Shown one piece after another: positions 41,911-54,654 of a stretch of DNA of 64,000 nucleotides. The notes under the pieces are model-generated. The model saw nothing but the letters and a program-made list of their open reading frames with translations, was not told where the DNA came from and did no database searches. Every line of letters begins with the position of its first letter. Positions within the stretch are counted from its first letter, which is position 1. This DNA comes from Macrostomum lignano (taxonomy: Eukaryota). Position numbers and translations under genes: made by a program. Where the stretch lies: assembly GCA_002269645.1 (NCBI GenBank), contig NIVC01001842.1, positions 1 through 64,000 of the forward strand, in the 5' to 3' direction.

Positions 41911-43028
41911 GTAGGCCCTACCTCAAAGTTACTGAATTGATAGAAAAAAATATGTTACTGTAACCATAATGTTATGACCATATGTTCATAAGGCTGCCTT
42001 TTCTTTTGTATCTTTGTTGCCTTTTGAGTTTATATATTCTAATAAAAGAGTATGATTTCTAAAGATGTTCTGAGTCAAATTTTAAAAATGTATTGCAAAA
42101 TATCAAAAATGAAAAATGTTATAGGACTTTTACCTTTTAGTTTCTATATGTCAAAAATCCTGTCGTTACAACCATAAGTGTCATTTAAGGTTTAATAGCA
42201 TCTATACTAATGATGATATCTATATGAAACTCTATAAATATATTCTAGACTAAATAATCTTTCATTTAAAATATTGGTTTAGTATATTCTATTATTAGAT
42301 TTCATTTTATAAGTAAAAATAGCCTATCATGTTACGACCCATGCTTATATGGAATGAGCCCAAAGTTATAATAATTTCTGCATACCCAAGGACATTACTC
42401 TGACCTTTCTCAATGCCCTTGTTATCCTTGTAGCTATTTCCAATTTTGGCACAAATTTGAGCTAAATGAGTGAAAACATATTTATGTATTATTGAATGCT
42501 TAGTTTATTTCTTAGTTTATCTATTTTTACAATAATTATAAAAATGAAGTTATAGTGTATTTACCAACTTAATCTAGAATAAGTGTTACAATAGTAGGAC
42601 ATTATATGCTTTTAGAAAGAATTTAATTTTATAGCCAAGGATCAAATTGCATAAGGTCAAATACTGCTATAAGTGTTCACTGGGTTTAATGCAATGGATT
42701 TAGAATTTTGGACTATGGATTTTTTTATTATTTAAATATTTTTTTTGAATTTCTAATTATACTACTATCATACTAGATGAATAGATCATACTAGAAAAGA
42801 TTTTAAATATTTAAAGCATATATTAACACTTTAATATTTAAAGTGTTAATATATGCTTATTCCAAAATATTATAAAAAAGATATTATTAGTATTTGATAA
42901 TCTCAACTAATAGTAGTTAATAACTACAACAATAATCATAACAAAAACTGACTTCAATTTACCAGTGTTATCATGATGATACTGATGATAGTAGACAGTA
43001 GTTAATCTTGTAATATTCAATCAAATGC

Positions 43029-43377
43029 ATGGCTGGCCAACAAAATCCAGTCGAAGTGAACAACTTCGACAATAATAATTTAGCCAACAATAATGATGGC
43101 AATGCGGAGGTGCCCCAGCCAGAGGTCGGTCAACAACAGCTGGGTGAATTAATTCACGTACTCCGCTGTCCCGCTTGCACATTCATGACTAGTGCCAGAC
43201 ACGCTTCGGCTGCACTTATCAACTGGGCACGCTGAATTAGGCCACAAGCTGCGCTGCGTACTGTACAGATGCCCCGTGTGCGCCAGGTGTCTCACTACAG
43301 AACTGTGCATCCTATTGGAGCATATTGAATTCTTTCATCCTGATAGGCTGCTTTCATTGACTCGTTGCAAGGCCTAA
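43029..43377 (+). pseudogene. Small tandem C2H2-like zinc-finger ORF split by a 1-nt frameshift
   Basis: CPAC...LIN(W)/HAELGH then CPVC...LLEHIEFFH, across two overlapping frames that switch near TGGG at about 43225. Confidence 0.45.
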
Positions 43378-43618
43378 ATTAACCACTGATTCGAGAGTTG
43401 GAGAACATTTTAAAAGAGCAACATATTCATTCTGTTCTACTGGCAGTAGAATGCTGAGAAAATTTGTGTATTATATTTGTGCACTCGAAAGAATGTAATT
43501 AATGTAGTTATTTTTGCATCTCTGAATGCGTCATAGTTTAGTGTTTTTATTTAAAAAGTGACTCCAAACTGTCTTATTTTCTTTTGCCATTCATTTATTA
43601 GCTTCCATCTCTGTACAA

Positions 43619-44052
43619 AGATACTAAAATAACTAGATGGGCCACTCAAGCATATATACATAGTAAACAGCTTTCTACTTTCAGTCCAGTAGCAAAGAAA
43701 AATGCATCAGCTATTTTATAAAAAGTTAGGGCAGCTTTGATAAGTTTAGAAGCCAAAGTTTGCAGGCGTACGCAACTTGCTAATTGGTTCGGTAGTAATG
43801 TACGTTGGCCAGTCCACTGAAATGTACATGGCCGCTTTAGGTTGGAATTCCGAGAGAAGGGCAATGAAAATTGGGGAGGGGCGGGGGTAGTGTGGAAAGG
43901 CGCGGTTGGAGTGTTTAAGCTGGAGGTAAAAGCCAATAAAATGAGCCTTGGCTTTATAATTACATTAAAATGCTTTTGTTTAACTTACTACTGAAATGAA
44001 AGTAGTTTACACGCAAATGTGCTGAGTGGCCCATCTAGTTATTCTAGTATCT
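43619..44052. mobile_element. MITE-like element (434 bp) with 30-bp TIRs
   Basis: AGATACTAAAATAACTAGATGGGCCACTCA matches the reverse complement of TGAGTGGCCCATCTAGTTATTCTAGTATCT with one mismatch. Confidence 0.75.
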
Positions 44053-44761
44053 GTGTCTCTGTATCGCTGTGCGCGTTACTTAAAGCAAGTGTTACAACAG
44101 GTTTCTATTTTACAATCATGTTTAGCCACTTATTTTATTAAGACGAAATTCAATGTTAAAAGCAGTTTCAGCCAGTTTATTTGTACTTTTTCTCTGCTCG
44201 GGGACGTGGCATACCTTAAGTTTTTATGTTATAGTATTTCTCGCAATATTCTCGCTTGCATATAGTATCGGATAAAGTTACATTTAATAACATTTTTTGT
44301 CAGTTTAGTTTTTTCATTGTGTAATGCGTGATTCTGTCCATAGTTTCATTCATAGTGCGAGCTTTATTTCACTGCTTATTAAATTTATTATATAATGTTA
44401 CTGTTGAAGCCACTACTACACAGAATCAGCAACACCCAGCATAACCGATCAAGGTTGTACGTGAAATGCTTATATTAATATTATATTAAATATTTTATCA
44501 TACAGTTCTTATTGTCATCGATTGTAATGCGATTTGTAACCCTCAGTTTTTAAAAATAATTTTTTTAATATTATATCCTAGGCTTTTGTGCTGTTCTTAC
44601 AAACATTTTAGAAGAATTCAATGCTTAACTAAGTAAATATACCGTTCTTTTAAAAAATTCTTTTTCTGTTTCCCATTTACTAACTTCAGTTAACTTTTGC
44701 CAGTTTCAATTCACGTGGTTTCTTCTTACTCGCTCTATAGCAAGGATAACAGTTTAAAATT

Positions 44762-45340
44762 AAGGGGTACATCTCACCCTCCCGGTCCTCAGGTACATCT
44801 CACCCTCCCGGTCCTCAGGTACATCTCACCCTCCCGGTCCTCAGGTACATCTCACCCTCCCGGTCCTCAGGTACATCTCACCCTCCCGGTCCTCAGGTAC
44901 ATCTCACCCTCCCGGTCCTCAGGTACATCTCACCCTCCCGGTCCTCAGGTACATCTCACCCTCCCGGTCCTCAGGTACATCTCACCCTCCCGGTCCTCAG
45001 GTACATCTCACCCTCCCGGTCCTCAGGTACATCTCACCCTCCCGGTCCTCAGGTACATCTCACCCTACTAGTCCTCATGTACATCTCACCCTACCAGTCC
45101 TCAGGTACATCTCACCCTACCAGTCCTCATGTACATCTCACCCTACCAGTCCTCAGGTACATCTCACCCTCCCGGTCCTCAGGTAAATCTCACCCTACCA
45201 GTCCTCAGGTACATCTCACCCTCCCAGTCCTCAGGTACATCTCACCCTCCCAGTCCCCAAGTACATCCCTCACCCTACCCAGGTAACCCTGGTGCATCCC
45301 TCACCTTACTCAGGTAGCCCTGGTACATCCCTCACCCTTT
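44762..45340. repeat. 26-bp minisatellite (GGTACATCTCACCCTCCCGGTCCTCA)n upstream of MTERF3
   Basis: Directly visible. Confidence 0.95.
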
Positions 45341-45422
45341 CCCAATCCTTAGGTGCACGAAACTAAAAAAAATGCAATGAGTATTGTTAACTACAAAATC
45401 AATTATTGAATTAATCTCTGCC

Positions 45423-46841
45423 ATGCATCCTCCAGCTCTCTATCGGGCCAGCCTCCTACGTCTGGCCCCTCGCTCTGCCCAGGGAAGCCTGCAGTTATTC
45501 ATCAGAAGATTCTGCAGTTTAATTTCGGACAAATCAGCTGGCAGTGATGAGGCATCAGTGGACTCCGTGGCTACAGCTGCTGCAGCAGTTTCGCTAGATA
45601 AAGTCGCTAGTTCGCTAGCTTCAACATCAACCGTGGCCCTGTCAGCATCTGGTCGAGCTCAAACTCTGGCAGATTTGGCTAATTCCTCGTCCACTCTGTC
45701 ACAACTGATGTCCATGGGCGTAGATTTAAGCCGAGCGGAGCGCTGCCCTGGAGCGGCGCCTCTGCTGCTGTCCTTGGATTACGAAACCGAATTTAAGCCC
45801 AGATTTCAATTGCTATTAGAATTTGGCTGCCTGCCAAGAGAGGCTGCTGATATTGTTAGCGCGTTTCCTAGCTTGTTAGCAACGCCTCTGCCGGTTATTA
45901 GAGATCGGCTGGACTATTTCCAACGGGCTGGATTCGTTCGAGCACCTGAGATGCTCAGTAGGCAGCCAACAATATTGTCAATGTCGCCTGAGTCAGTTGA
46001 CTCTAGACTAGCTAGACTGCAGCGTCTCTATCTGTTTAGCAATGCCCAGCTGGTGTCCGCTAGTACGGAGTGTCCTAAAATTATCACCTTTCCTATGGAG
46101 CATTTGGCTGGGGTGAGAACTTGTTTAGTTAAGGGATTGCAGCTGGGCGCTACTGCGGCTAGAAAGATGGCTGTACTGCATCCGCCTCTGATGGTAAGTT
46201 TGATTGATTTATTAGCAAAGAACATTATTGATTTTTTCTCTGAAATTCTTTGTGTCAAGTTTTATTTCGCCAGGTTTTTCTAGAATTTGATCCCACTGTT
46301 TAATTTCCCCATGTATCAGTAGATTATCGCCAAATTTCATAAATTATTCCCATATATCATAAATTATCCTTATATATTTAAAATTAGCCATATATATATA
46401 TATATAAATATCCCACATAACACGTTAGCAAACCTCATATACTTGTTACATTATCCCGAATTATAATACCTTTTTTCTTTATAACTATTTGATTAACTAA
46501 TTAGTCTTGCTATCTCTAAATAATCCTATTCGCTATAATCTGTTCCCAATTCGCAGGTAAGCGAACAGACTCGCTTGTATCGCAACTTCGCCCTGCTAAC
46601 CTCGGTGTACAAGCTGCACCCGGACTTGATTGCCAGCAACCCTCTGGTGCTGGTTAAACAGCCTCAGCGAGTAGCGGCCCGTTTGAAGTTTCTAACAGAG
46701 CTCAACAGAGCTCAGTTTGATCCGCAGCTGCCGCTGTACACTTCGCTGACTAAAGCCGTGACTGGTTCCGATGCCGAGTTTTGCAACCGGGTGGCTGACT
46801 GCTCGCCAGCTCGATACAGGGCTTTCCTCAAGACTCTGTAG
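45423..46841 (+). CDS. MTERF3: Mitochondrial transcription termination factor 3, exons 45423-46193 and 46557-46841 (351 aa)
   Basis: Arg/Ser-rich transit-peptide-like N-terminus. S.TLSQLMSMGVDLS, LLLSLDYE, mTERF repeats, C-terminal RAQFDPQLP.YTSL...F...A......FLKTL*. Phase-0 GT-AG intron. Confidence 0.9.
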
Positions 46842-47029
46842 CCATGTTTGGGCCTGAGTTTACCTGCTAGCTATAGCGTATTAAACTGACTTTTGATCTT
46901 TGCAAACTGTAATTTGGTACTGCAATCACTGCATTCAGTTAATTTTATTAAAAGGTAATAAATCAATCTCTTGCCGGAGGAATAAGTCCAGTCCTCGATT
47001 ATAATGAAAATGGCCTCGCCTCTCCTGGT

Positions 47030-48425
47030 GTCCTTGAGAATCGCCTCTCCCGATGGCCTTGAGAATCGCCTCTCCTAGTGGCCTTGAGAATCGCCTCTCC
47101 CCGATGGCCCTGAGAATCGCCTCTCTCCCGATGGCCTTGAGAATTGCCTCTCTCCCGATGGCCTTGAGAATTGCCTCTCTTCCGATGGCCTTGAGAATTG
47201 CCTCACTCGGTGGCCTTGAGAATCGTCTCTCCCCGATGGCCTTGAGAATTGCCTCACTCGGTGGCCTTGAGAATCGTCTCTCCCCGATGGCCTTGAGAAT
47301 CGCCTCTCTTCCGATGGCCTTGAGAATCGCCTCTCTCCCGGTGGCCTTGAGAATCGCCTCTCTTCCGATGGCCTTGAGAATCGCCTCTCCTAGTGGCCTT
47401 GAGAATCGCCTCTCCCCGATGGCCCTGAGAATCGCCTCTCTTCCGATGGCCTTGAGAATTGCCTCTCTCCCGATGGCCTTGAGAATTGCCTCTCTTCCGA
47501 TGGCCTTGAGAATTGCCTCACTCGGTGGCCTTGAGAATCGTCTCTCCCCGATGGCCTTGAGAATCGCCTCTCTTCCGATGGCCTTGAGAATCGCCTCTCT
47601 CCCGATGGCCTTGAGAATCGCCTCTCTTCCGATGGCCTTGAGAATCGCCTCTCCTAGTGGCCTTGAGAATCGCCTCTCCCCGATGGCCCTGAGAATCGCC
47701 TCTCTCCCGATGGCCTTGAGAATTGCCTCTCTCCCGATGGCCTTGAGAATTGCCTCTCTTCCGATGGCCTTGAGAATTGCCTCTCCCCGATGGCCTTGAG
47801 AATTGCCTCACTCGTTGGTCTTGAGAATTGCCTCACTCGGTGGTCTTGAGAATCGCCTCACTCGGTGGCCTTGAGAATCGCCTCTCTTCCGATGGCCTTG
47901 AGAATTGCCTCACTCGTTGGTCTTGAGAATTGCCTCACTCGGTGGTCTTGAGAATCGCCTCACTCGGTGGCCTTGAGAATCGCCTCTCCCCGATGGCCTT
48001 GAGAATCGCCTCTCTTCCGATGGCCTTGAGAATTGCCTCTCTTCCGATGGCCTTGAGAATTGCCTCACTCGGTGGCCTTGAGAATCGCCTCACTCCGTGG
48101 CCTTGAGAATTGCCTCACTCCGTGGCCTGAGAATTGCCTCACTCCGTGGCCTTGAGAATCGCCTCACTCGGTGGCCTTGAGAATTGCCTCACTCGGTGGC
48201 CTTGAGAATCGCCTCACTCGGTGGCCTTGAGAATTGCCTCACTCCGTGGCCTGAGAATTGCCTCACTCGGTGGCCTTGAGAATCGCCTCACTCGGTGGCC
48301 TTGAGAATTGCCTCACTCAGTGGCCTGAGAATCGCCTCACTCCGTGGCCTGAGAATCGCCTCACTCCGTGGCCTTGAGAATCGCCTCTCCCGATGTCCTT
48401 GAGAATCGCCTCTCTCTCTCGGCGA
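47030..48425. repeat. 25-27 bp minisatellite (GAGAATCGCCTCTCTCCCGATGGCCTT)n
   Basis: Directly visible, with several variant unit types. Confidence 0.95.
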
Positions 48426-49130
48426 TGGCCTTGAGGATCGCCCTTCCCCTAGATTCCTAGAATGACGATCGAGAGAGATTCTTCTGGTTAATTGGCCTTC
48501 AAAATGACCCTCAAAAGCCCATAAAATTATTTTGAAAAAATGTGCAACCATCAATACCAAGATATTAGTCTGTGTCAAACTGCTGCACCTCTACCCGCTG
48601 TTATTGTGTCTGACCCAATAAAGTATGCTTTGCTTTTATAAACCATTGTTGTATTATCTATTGTTGGCTAAATTTAATTTTGCTGCAGATCGAAACAGTT
48701 TCACGCGCCAGTTGTTTGAAGCTTGTAGTGACAAAAATTGCACAGGTTACTATGGCTTTTCTGCAATCCAGTTTGAGCATAGGAACAAGCATTAAGACTT
48801 ACTAGGCATAGGGTGGGAGGCAATGCAGACAAAATCTGCCGCGTACTTTAGCACTAGAAGCGGCGGATGTGCCAACAAAGGCTGACAAATTTAATTAGTT
48901 CTTTTTCGTCAGCTTGGCGCTTTGATCTGTATAGATTTAATCTGTTGAAAATGCGCTTGAAAATAGGCGGAAATATTGAGGAACTGTGCCCAGTGTTCAA
49001 AATGACAGAAAGTTTACATATGCTGTCTGTCAGTAGGAGCCTAGAGCGAAAGGTCTAATTACAAATCTATTTACCTGTGGAAGAATAAATGTTGCACCCA
49101 GTATGCGCAACAGTGAGATAAGGACTTTTA

Positions 49131-49272
49131 TTTTTTCAGCACAAAAATTGTTACTGCTTTCGATAAGAGGCAGACCTAATGTTCATCTTTTGATATGTTG
49201 TGCCTTTCTTATAGCTCTATAGATAGCTCTATAGAAAATATGAAAGCAATAACAATTTTTGTGCTGAAAAAA
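49131..49272. mobile_element. Palindromic MITE-like inverted repeat
   Basis: 31-bp arms TTTTTTCAGCACAAAAATTGTTACTGCTTTC and GAAAGCAATAACAATTTTTGTGCTGAAAAAA (one mismatch), with weaker pairing inside and outside. Confidence 0.65.
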
Positions 49273-49759
49273 TGAAAACTTGTTTATCTCCATAGCGTTT
49301 TTTTGCGGCGAAACCAGCTTCATAAACATTTTCTTCTAAGAAAAGTACTTTCCTGTCCTAGTTTAGTAGTCCTTGGTTATACATGTAAGCATGTAACTTG
49401 AAAAATTTCACTCTAGTCGGAAATTCCGGCTTCAGTTCAAGACAACTACTACTAGTTGGTTAAGTTGGAACAGACTATATATTGCTTCTTCCAGTGGAGG
49501 GGCTTTGGCCATAGACAACTTTTTAACTTTTTATTGCTAGAACCAACGCCAGTAGGGTTCTGGCTGACCAATAGAAATTCATTTAAACTCGCAAATGTAC
49601 TTGCAAAAGTTTATTACATATTTAGCTATTGGAATTTTGTGTAAAGGCGAACAGTTGAAAATTTTACGCACTTGCAACAGAACCTTACATTTTTTTGCTT
49701 ATTTTCATATTACACCTAGTAGATTTATCTATTTAGCATAGCATGGAACTTTCAGTTTA

Positions 49760-50750
49760 TGCTAGTAACAGACCCAGTCTATGCTTAGTAAACCGACCGA
49801 GTTTATGCTTAGTAAACAGGCCCAGTCTATGCTTAGTAAACAGACCCAGTTTGTGCTTAGTTACAGACCCAGTTTATGCTTAGTAAACAGGCCCAGTCTA
49901 TGCTTAGTAAACAGACCCAGTTTGTGCTTAGTTACAGACCCAGTTTATGCTTAGTAACAGACCCAGTTTGTGCTTAGTAAACAGACCCAGTTTGTGCTTA
50001 GTAACAGGCCCAGTTTATGTTTAGTAAACAGGCCCAGTTTATGCTTAGTAAACAGACCCAGTTTGTTTAGTAACAGACCCAGTTTATGCTTAGTAACAGA
50101 CCCAGTTTATGTTTAGTAAACAGACCCAGTTTATGCTTAGTAAGCAGACCCAGTTTATGTTTAGTAAACAGACCCAGTTTATGCTTAGTAAGCAGACCCA
50201 GTTTATGTTTAGTAAACAGGCCCAGTTTATGCTTAGTAAACAGACCGGGTTTATGCTTAGTAACAGACCCAGTTTATGATTAGTTACAGACCCAGTTTAT
50301 GCTTAGTAACAGATCCAGTTTACGATTAATTACAGACCCAGTTTATGCTTAGTAAACAGACCCAGTTTATGTTTAGTAACAGACCCAGTTTATGTTTAGT
50401 AACAGACCCAGTTTATGTTTAGTAACAGACCCAGTTTATGTTTAGTAACAGACCCAGTTTATGATTAGTTACAGACCCAGTTTATGCTTAGTAACAGATC
50501 CAGTTTACGATTAATTACAGACCCAGTTTATGCTTAGTAAACAGACCCAGTTTATGTTTAGTAACAGACCCAGTTTATGTTTAGTAACAGACCCTGTTTA
50601 TGTTTAGTAACAGACCCAGTTTATGTTTAGTAACAGACCCAGTTTATGATTAGTTACAGACCTAGTTTATGCTTAGTAACAGATCCAGTTTACGATTAAT
50701 TACAGACCCAGTTTATGTTTAGTAACAGACCCAGTTTACGCTTAGTAACT
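49760..50750. repeat. 23-24 bp minisatellite (GTAACAGACCCAGTTTATGCTTA)n upstream of glycerol kinase
   Basis: Directly visible. Confidence 0.95.
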
Positions 50751-50806
50751 GGCCCAGTTTTTCACCCCAGTGGAGTGCATTTCACCCCAGTTTACGCTCA
50801 GTAAGT

Positions 50807-53707
50807 ATGCTTAATAAACGCTGGCACAATGGCCGCGAATTGCTGGCGGACGCGGACTCCGTGCTGATCGGTTCAATTGATCAGGGCACGGGCAGTTCTC
50901 GGTTCTTGGTCTTCTCCTCTTCAACCGGAGCCCTGATCACCTATCACCAGGAGGAGGTGGACATAATCTATCCTAGAAATGGTTGGGCAGAAGCGAACCC
51001 TGATCAGTTAGTACAGAGTGTACTTTCCTGCATCTCGTCTGCTGTATCGAACTTGGCAGCGCTTGGCATAGCAGCTAATAGGATCGGGTGCATTGGCATT
51101 GCTAATCAACGGGAGACCCTGGTTGCCTGGGACCGGCGAACCGGTGAACCGGTGCACCCGGCAATCCTGTGGTTGGACGCCAGAACCGAACAGACTGTTG
51201 AGCGATTGATAGCCACTACTAGATCGCGAAGTGCGGCCGAATTTCGTAGCATCTGCGGCCTGCCAATCACAACATATTTTACTGGGGTGAAAATTCGATG
51301 GTTGCTGGATAATGTGCCTGCGGCTAGGGAGCTGCAGTCAAGCGGCAATCTTATGATGGGTACAGTGGACACCTGGCTGTTGTATAAGCTTACTGGTGAG
51401 TATGGCGAGGATGCCTTTTCGATACATATCGGTGGGCATCTAGGCTGCATAGGCTCGATACATATCGGTGGGCATCTAGGCTGCATAGGCTCGATACATA
51501 TCGGTGGGCATCTAGACTGCAGAGTTCGATACATATCGGTGGTCATCTAGATTGCATAGGTTCGATACATATCAGTGGGCATCTAGACTGCAGAGTTCGA
51601 TACATATCGGTGGGCATCTAGACTGCAGAGTTCGGTACATATCGGTGGGCATCTAGACTGCAGAATTCGATAAGTCAGATAATTGATTTTACCTTGCACC
51701 AACCGTAGGCGAATACGCTACCGACGTAACAAACGCCTCTCGCACAATGCTACTCGACTTGGCAACCTGCCAATGGGATCCTAGGCTTTGTCGTTTCTTC
51801 GGTCTAGATCAGAAAATGCTTCCAAAAGTGTGTTCCAGCGCGGAACTGTTCGGCCGTATTAGTGTGGCCGACTGTCCGTTAGCAGGCGTCCCAATCACCG
51901 GCATTCTGGGCGATCAACAGGCCGCTTTAGTTGGCCAAGGCTGTTTAGAATCTGGCGACACAAAAAATACCTACGGCAGCGGCTGTTTCATGCTGTGCAA
52001 TACCGGCTTGAGTCCGGTGGTGTCCAGCTCTGGATTGCTAACCACAGTAGCCTATCAGCTGGGCAGGTCTGCCGCTCCTGTGTACGCTTTGGAGGGTAGC
52101 GTAGCAGTGGCTGGTACGGCAATCCGATGGCTGCGAGACAGTCTGGGCATTGTTGGCAGCGTAGCGGAGACTGAAACTCTGGCTGGCAAAGTGCCAGACA
52201 CTGCCGGCTGCTATTTTGTGCCGGCTTTCAATGGCTTGTATTGTCCGTATTGGCGCAGCGACGCTCGCGGCCTGATTGTCGGTCTGACTGGCGCTACAAG
52301 CCGGGAGCATCTGTGCCGCGCCGCTCTTGAAGCTGTGTGCTACCAGAGCAGGGAGCTGTTGGACTGCATGGAGACCGAGTGTGGCACTACGCTTAATAGG
52401 ATTAAGGTTTGCGTGGGGATTGTTGCTCACTGGGGGGTTGCAGCTCAGTGTTAGGCTGCTAAATCAGTGCTGGAGTGACTATTAGAGTGCTGGAGTGACT
52501 CTTAGAGTACTGGAGTGACTTTTAGAGTACTGGAGTGACTATTAGAGTGCTGGAGTGACTCTTAGAGTACTGGAGTGACTATTAGAGTACTGGAGTGACC
52601 TTTAGAGTACTGAAGTGACTATTAGAGTACTGGAGTGACTATTAGAGTATTGGAGTGACTTTTAGAGTACTGGAGTGACTATTAGAGTACTGGAGTGACT
52701 CTTAGAGTACTGGAGTGACTATTAGAGTACTGGAGTGACTATTAGAGTACTGGAGTGACTTTTAGAGTACTGGAGTGACTATTAGAGTACTGGAGTGACT
52801 TTTAGAGTACTGGAGTGACTATTAGAGTACTGGAGTGACTTTTAGAGTACTGGAGTGACTATTAGAGTACTGGAGTGACTTTTAGAGTACTGGAGTGACT
52901 ATTAGAGTACTGGAGTGACTATTATAGTGCTGGAGTGACTATTATAGTACTGGAGTGACTATTAGAGTGTTGGAGTGACTTTTAGAGTACTGGAGTGACT
53001 ATTAGAGTGCTGGAGTGACTCTTAGAGTACTGGAGTGACTATTAGAGTACTGGAGTGACTATTAGAGTACTGGAGTGACTATTAGAGTGCTGGAGTGACT
53101 ATTAGAGTGCTGGAGTGACTATTAGAGTACTGGAGTGACTATTATAGTGCTGGAGTGACTATTAGAGTGCTAAAGTGACTGGGGTGACTTCTAGAGTGAT
53201 TAATAGTTGAGTTTAGAGATTGCATTAGTTAAGATACAGTAAAAGTGCTTGGGATTAAACTTGTACTCTGTTTGAGTCACTAGCTGGCTATTTATGCACT
53301 CCATTCTTCAGGTGGACGGCGGCATGACATCCAACAGGCTGCTGATGCAGCTGCAAGCGGACCTGGCCGGGGTCACAGTTGTCCGACCCGAGATGGCCGA
53401 GACAACAGCCTTGGGCGCCGCCGTTGCCGCAGCCTGGGGCCACGGCATCGACATGACGGCCTCAGTCAGGCAGAGCAGCGTCACGGAGTTCTACCCCATG
53501 ACTGGGCCAGTTGACCGGCTGAGGAAATTCCAGCGATGGCTGGACGCTGTACAGCGAAGCATTGGCTGGCACCGGCAAGAGGATGACGGCGAGGGCGACG
53601 CTGGCGGATCGTCCGCGGGGTCCTTGGGCTCCGCTGGTCATCTGGCTTTCGCCGTTTTTCTTGTCGGCTCCGCCGCTTTGTTAGCGCTGAGCTTGTCGGT
53701 TAAATAA
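50807..53707 (+). CDS. GK: Glycerol kinase (FGGY family), exons 50807-51395, 51709-52406, 53312-53707 (~560 aa)
   Basis: [90 protein letters not shown]. Splice phases are consistent. The start codon is uncertain. Confidence 0.95.
51418..51672. repeat. 36-bp minisatellite, GK intron 1
   Basis: (CGATACATATCGGTGGGCATCTAGGCTGCATAGGCT)n visible. Confidence 0.9.
52468..53185. repeat. 20-bp minisatellite (TAGAGTACTGGAGTGACTAT)n, GK intron 2
   Basis: Directly visible. Confidence 0.95.
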
Positions 53708-53904
53708 TTATCGATAAAAACAAATTTCTACTTTCTTACTTTCTACTGGCGCAGAAATTAGCTTGATTTTTTACACAACTAACTGAATATTTGATTAGCT
53801 AAGTTTGGAATGAGGCTATGATTATAAAATTAGATGGGTAATTTTGCTTGAGGCCGAGATCAGCGAGATTAGGAAGTTTTTAGTTTTTTTAGCTATAATA
53901 ACTA

Positions 53905-54125
53905 ATCATTGATTTTACCTGCCCTAATGGCCAGATGTGCAACCGACATTCTGCAGGCTGCTTGCGGCTGTTCAGTCTAAGGACTGAGGGGTCGCCACAC
54001 ACAGCCTCAATTACCCCAGCCACCCATTTCACAGCTGGGTGAACTGAATCAATGCAGAGTTTTAAGTGTCTTGCTCAAGGACACAAATTGTTCCGAGTAG
54101 GTCGAGAATCGAACCGCCGACCTTT
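53905..54125 (-). mobile_element. CORE-SINE-like element
   Basis: Minus strand GGTTCGATTC (B box), then GTGTCCTTGAGCAAGACACTT...TCAGTTCACCCAGCTGTGAAATGGG and a tail GGGCAGGTAAAATCAATG, as in 4241-4448. Confidence 0.7.
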
Positions 54126-54654
54126 CAGTTGTGACAGTGCCCCAGAAATTCTGGACTAAATTTTTCCATGACCAGAATGCGGATGAATAGTGAATTTAGT
54201 GGCTAGCGAAATTGAAAACTTCCTTTCTATTACTCGTATTACACGTTTTGAAACAAATTCAGCGGCTTTCTGCCTTCGGCCCAGAGTATTCGATTTGCCC
54301 TCGTCCGGTGTTAAAACAAAATCGAACCGATTGATTGGTCAATTGTAAATTTTGTACTCTTTAGTATTGTTTTTTTTTATGATTTCGATTATCATTGACA
54401 TTAATTTAATCATACAGACAATATAGCGTTAGTTCATAAAAATTCAATTGTGATTATTGATTGTAATAAATTAGGCTCGTAGTTAATTCTTTTAATTGAA
54501 CTTGACTGATTTTATTTATTCTCAGAATTTCGGGGTTAGTATGATGAAAGAGTCGACAATTTTCAACAATTATAAGCTTTTGACAATAATTAACAGTAGG
54601 AATACCAAGCTATTTTCCGCCCGTCGAACTACCAAGAGGGGGGAGGGGAATTCC

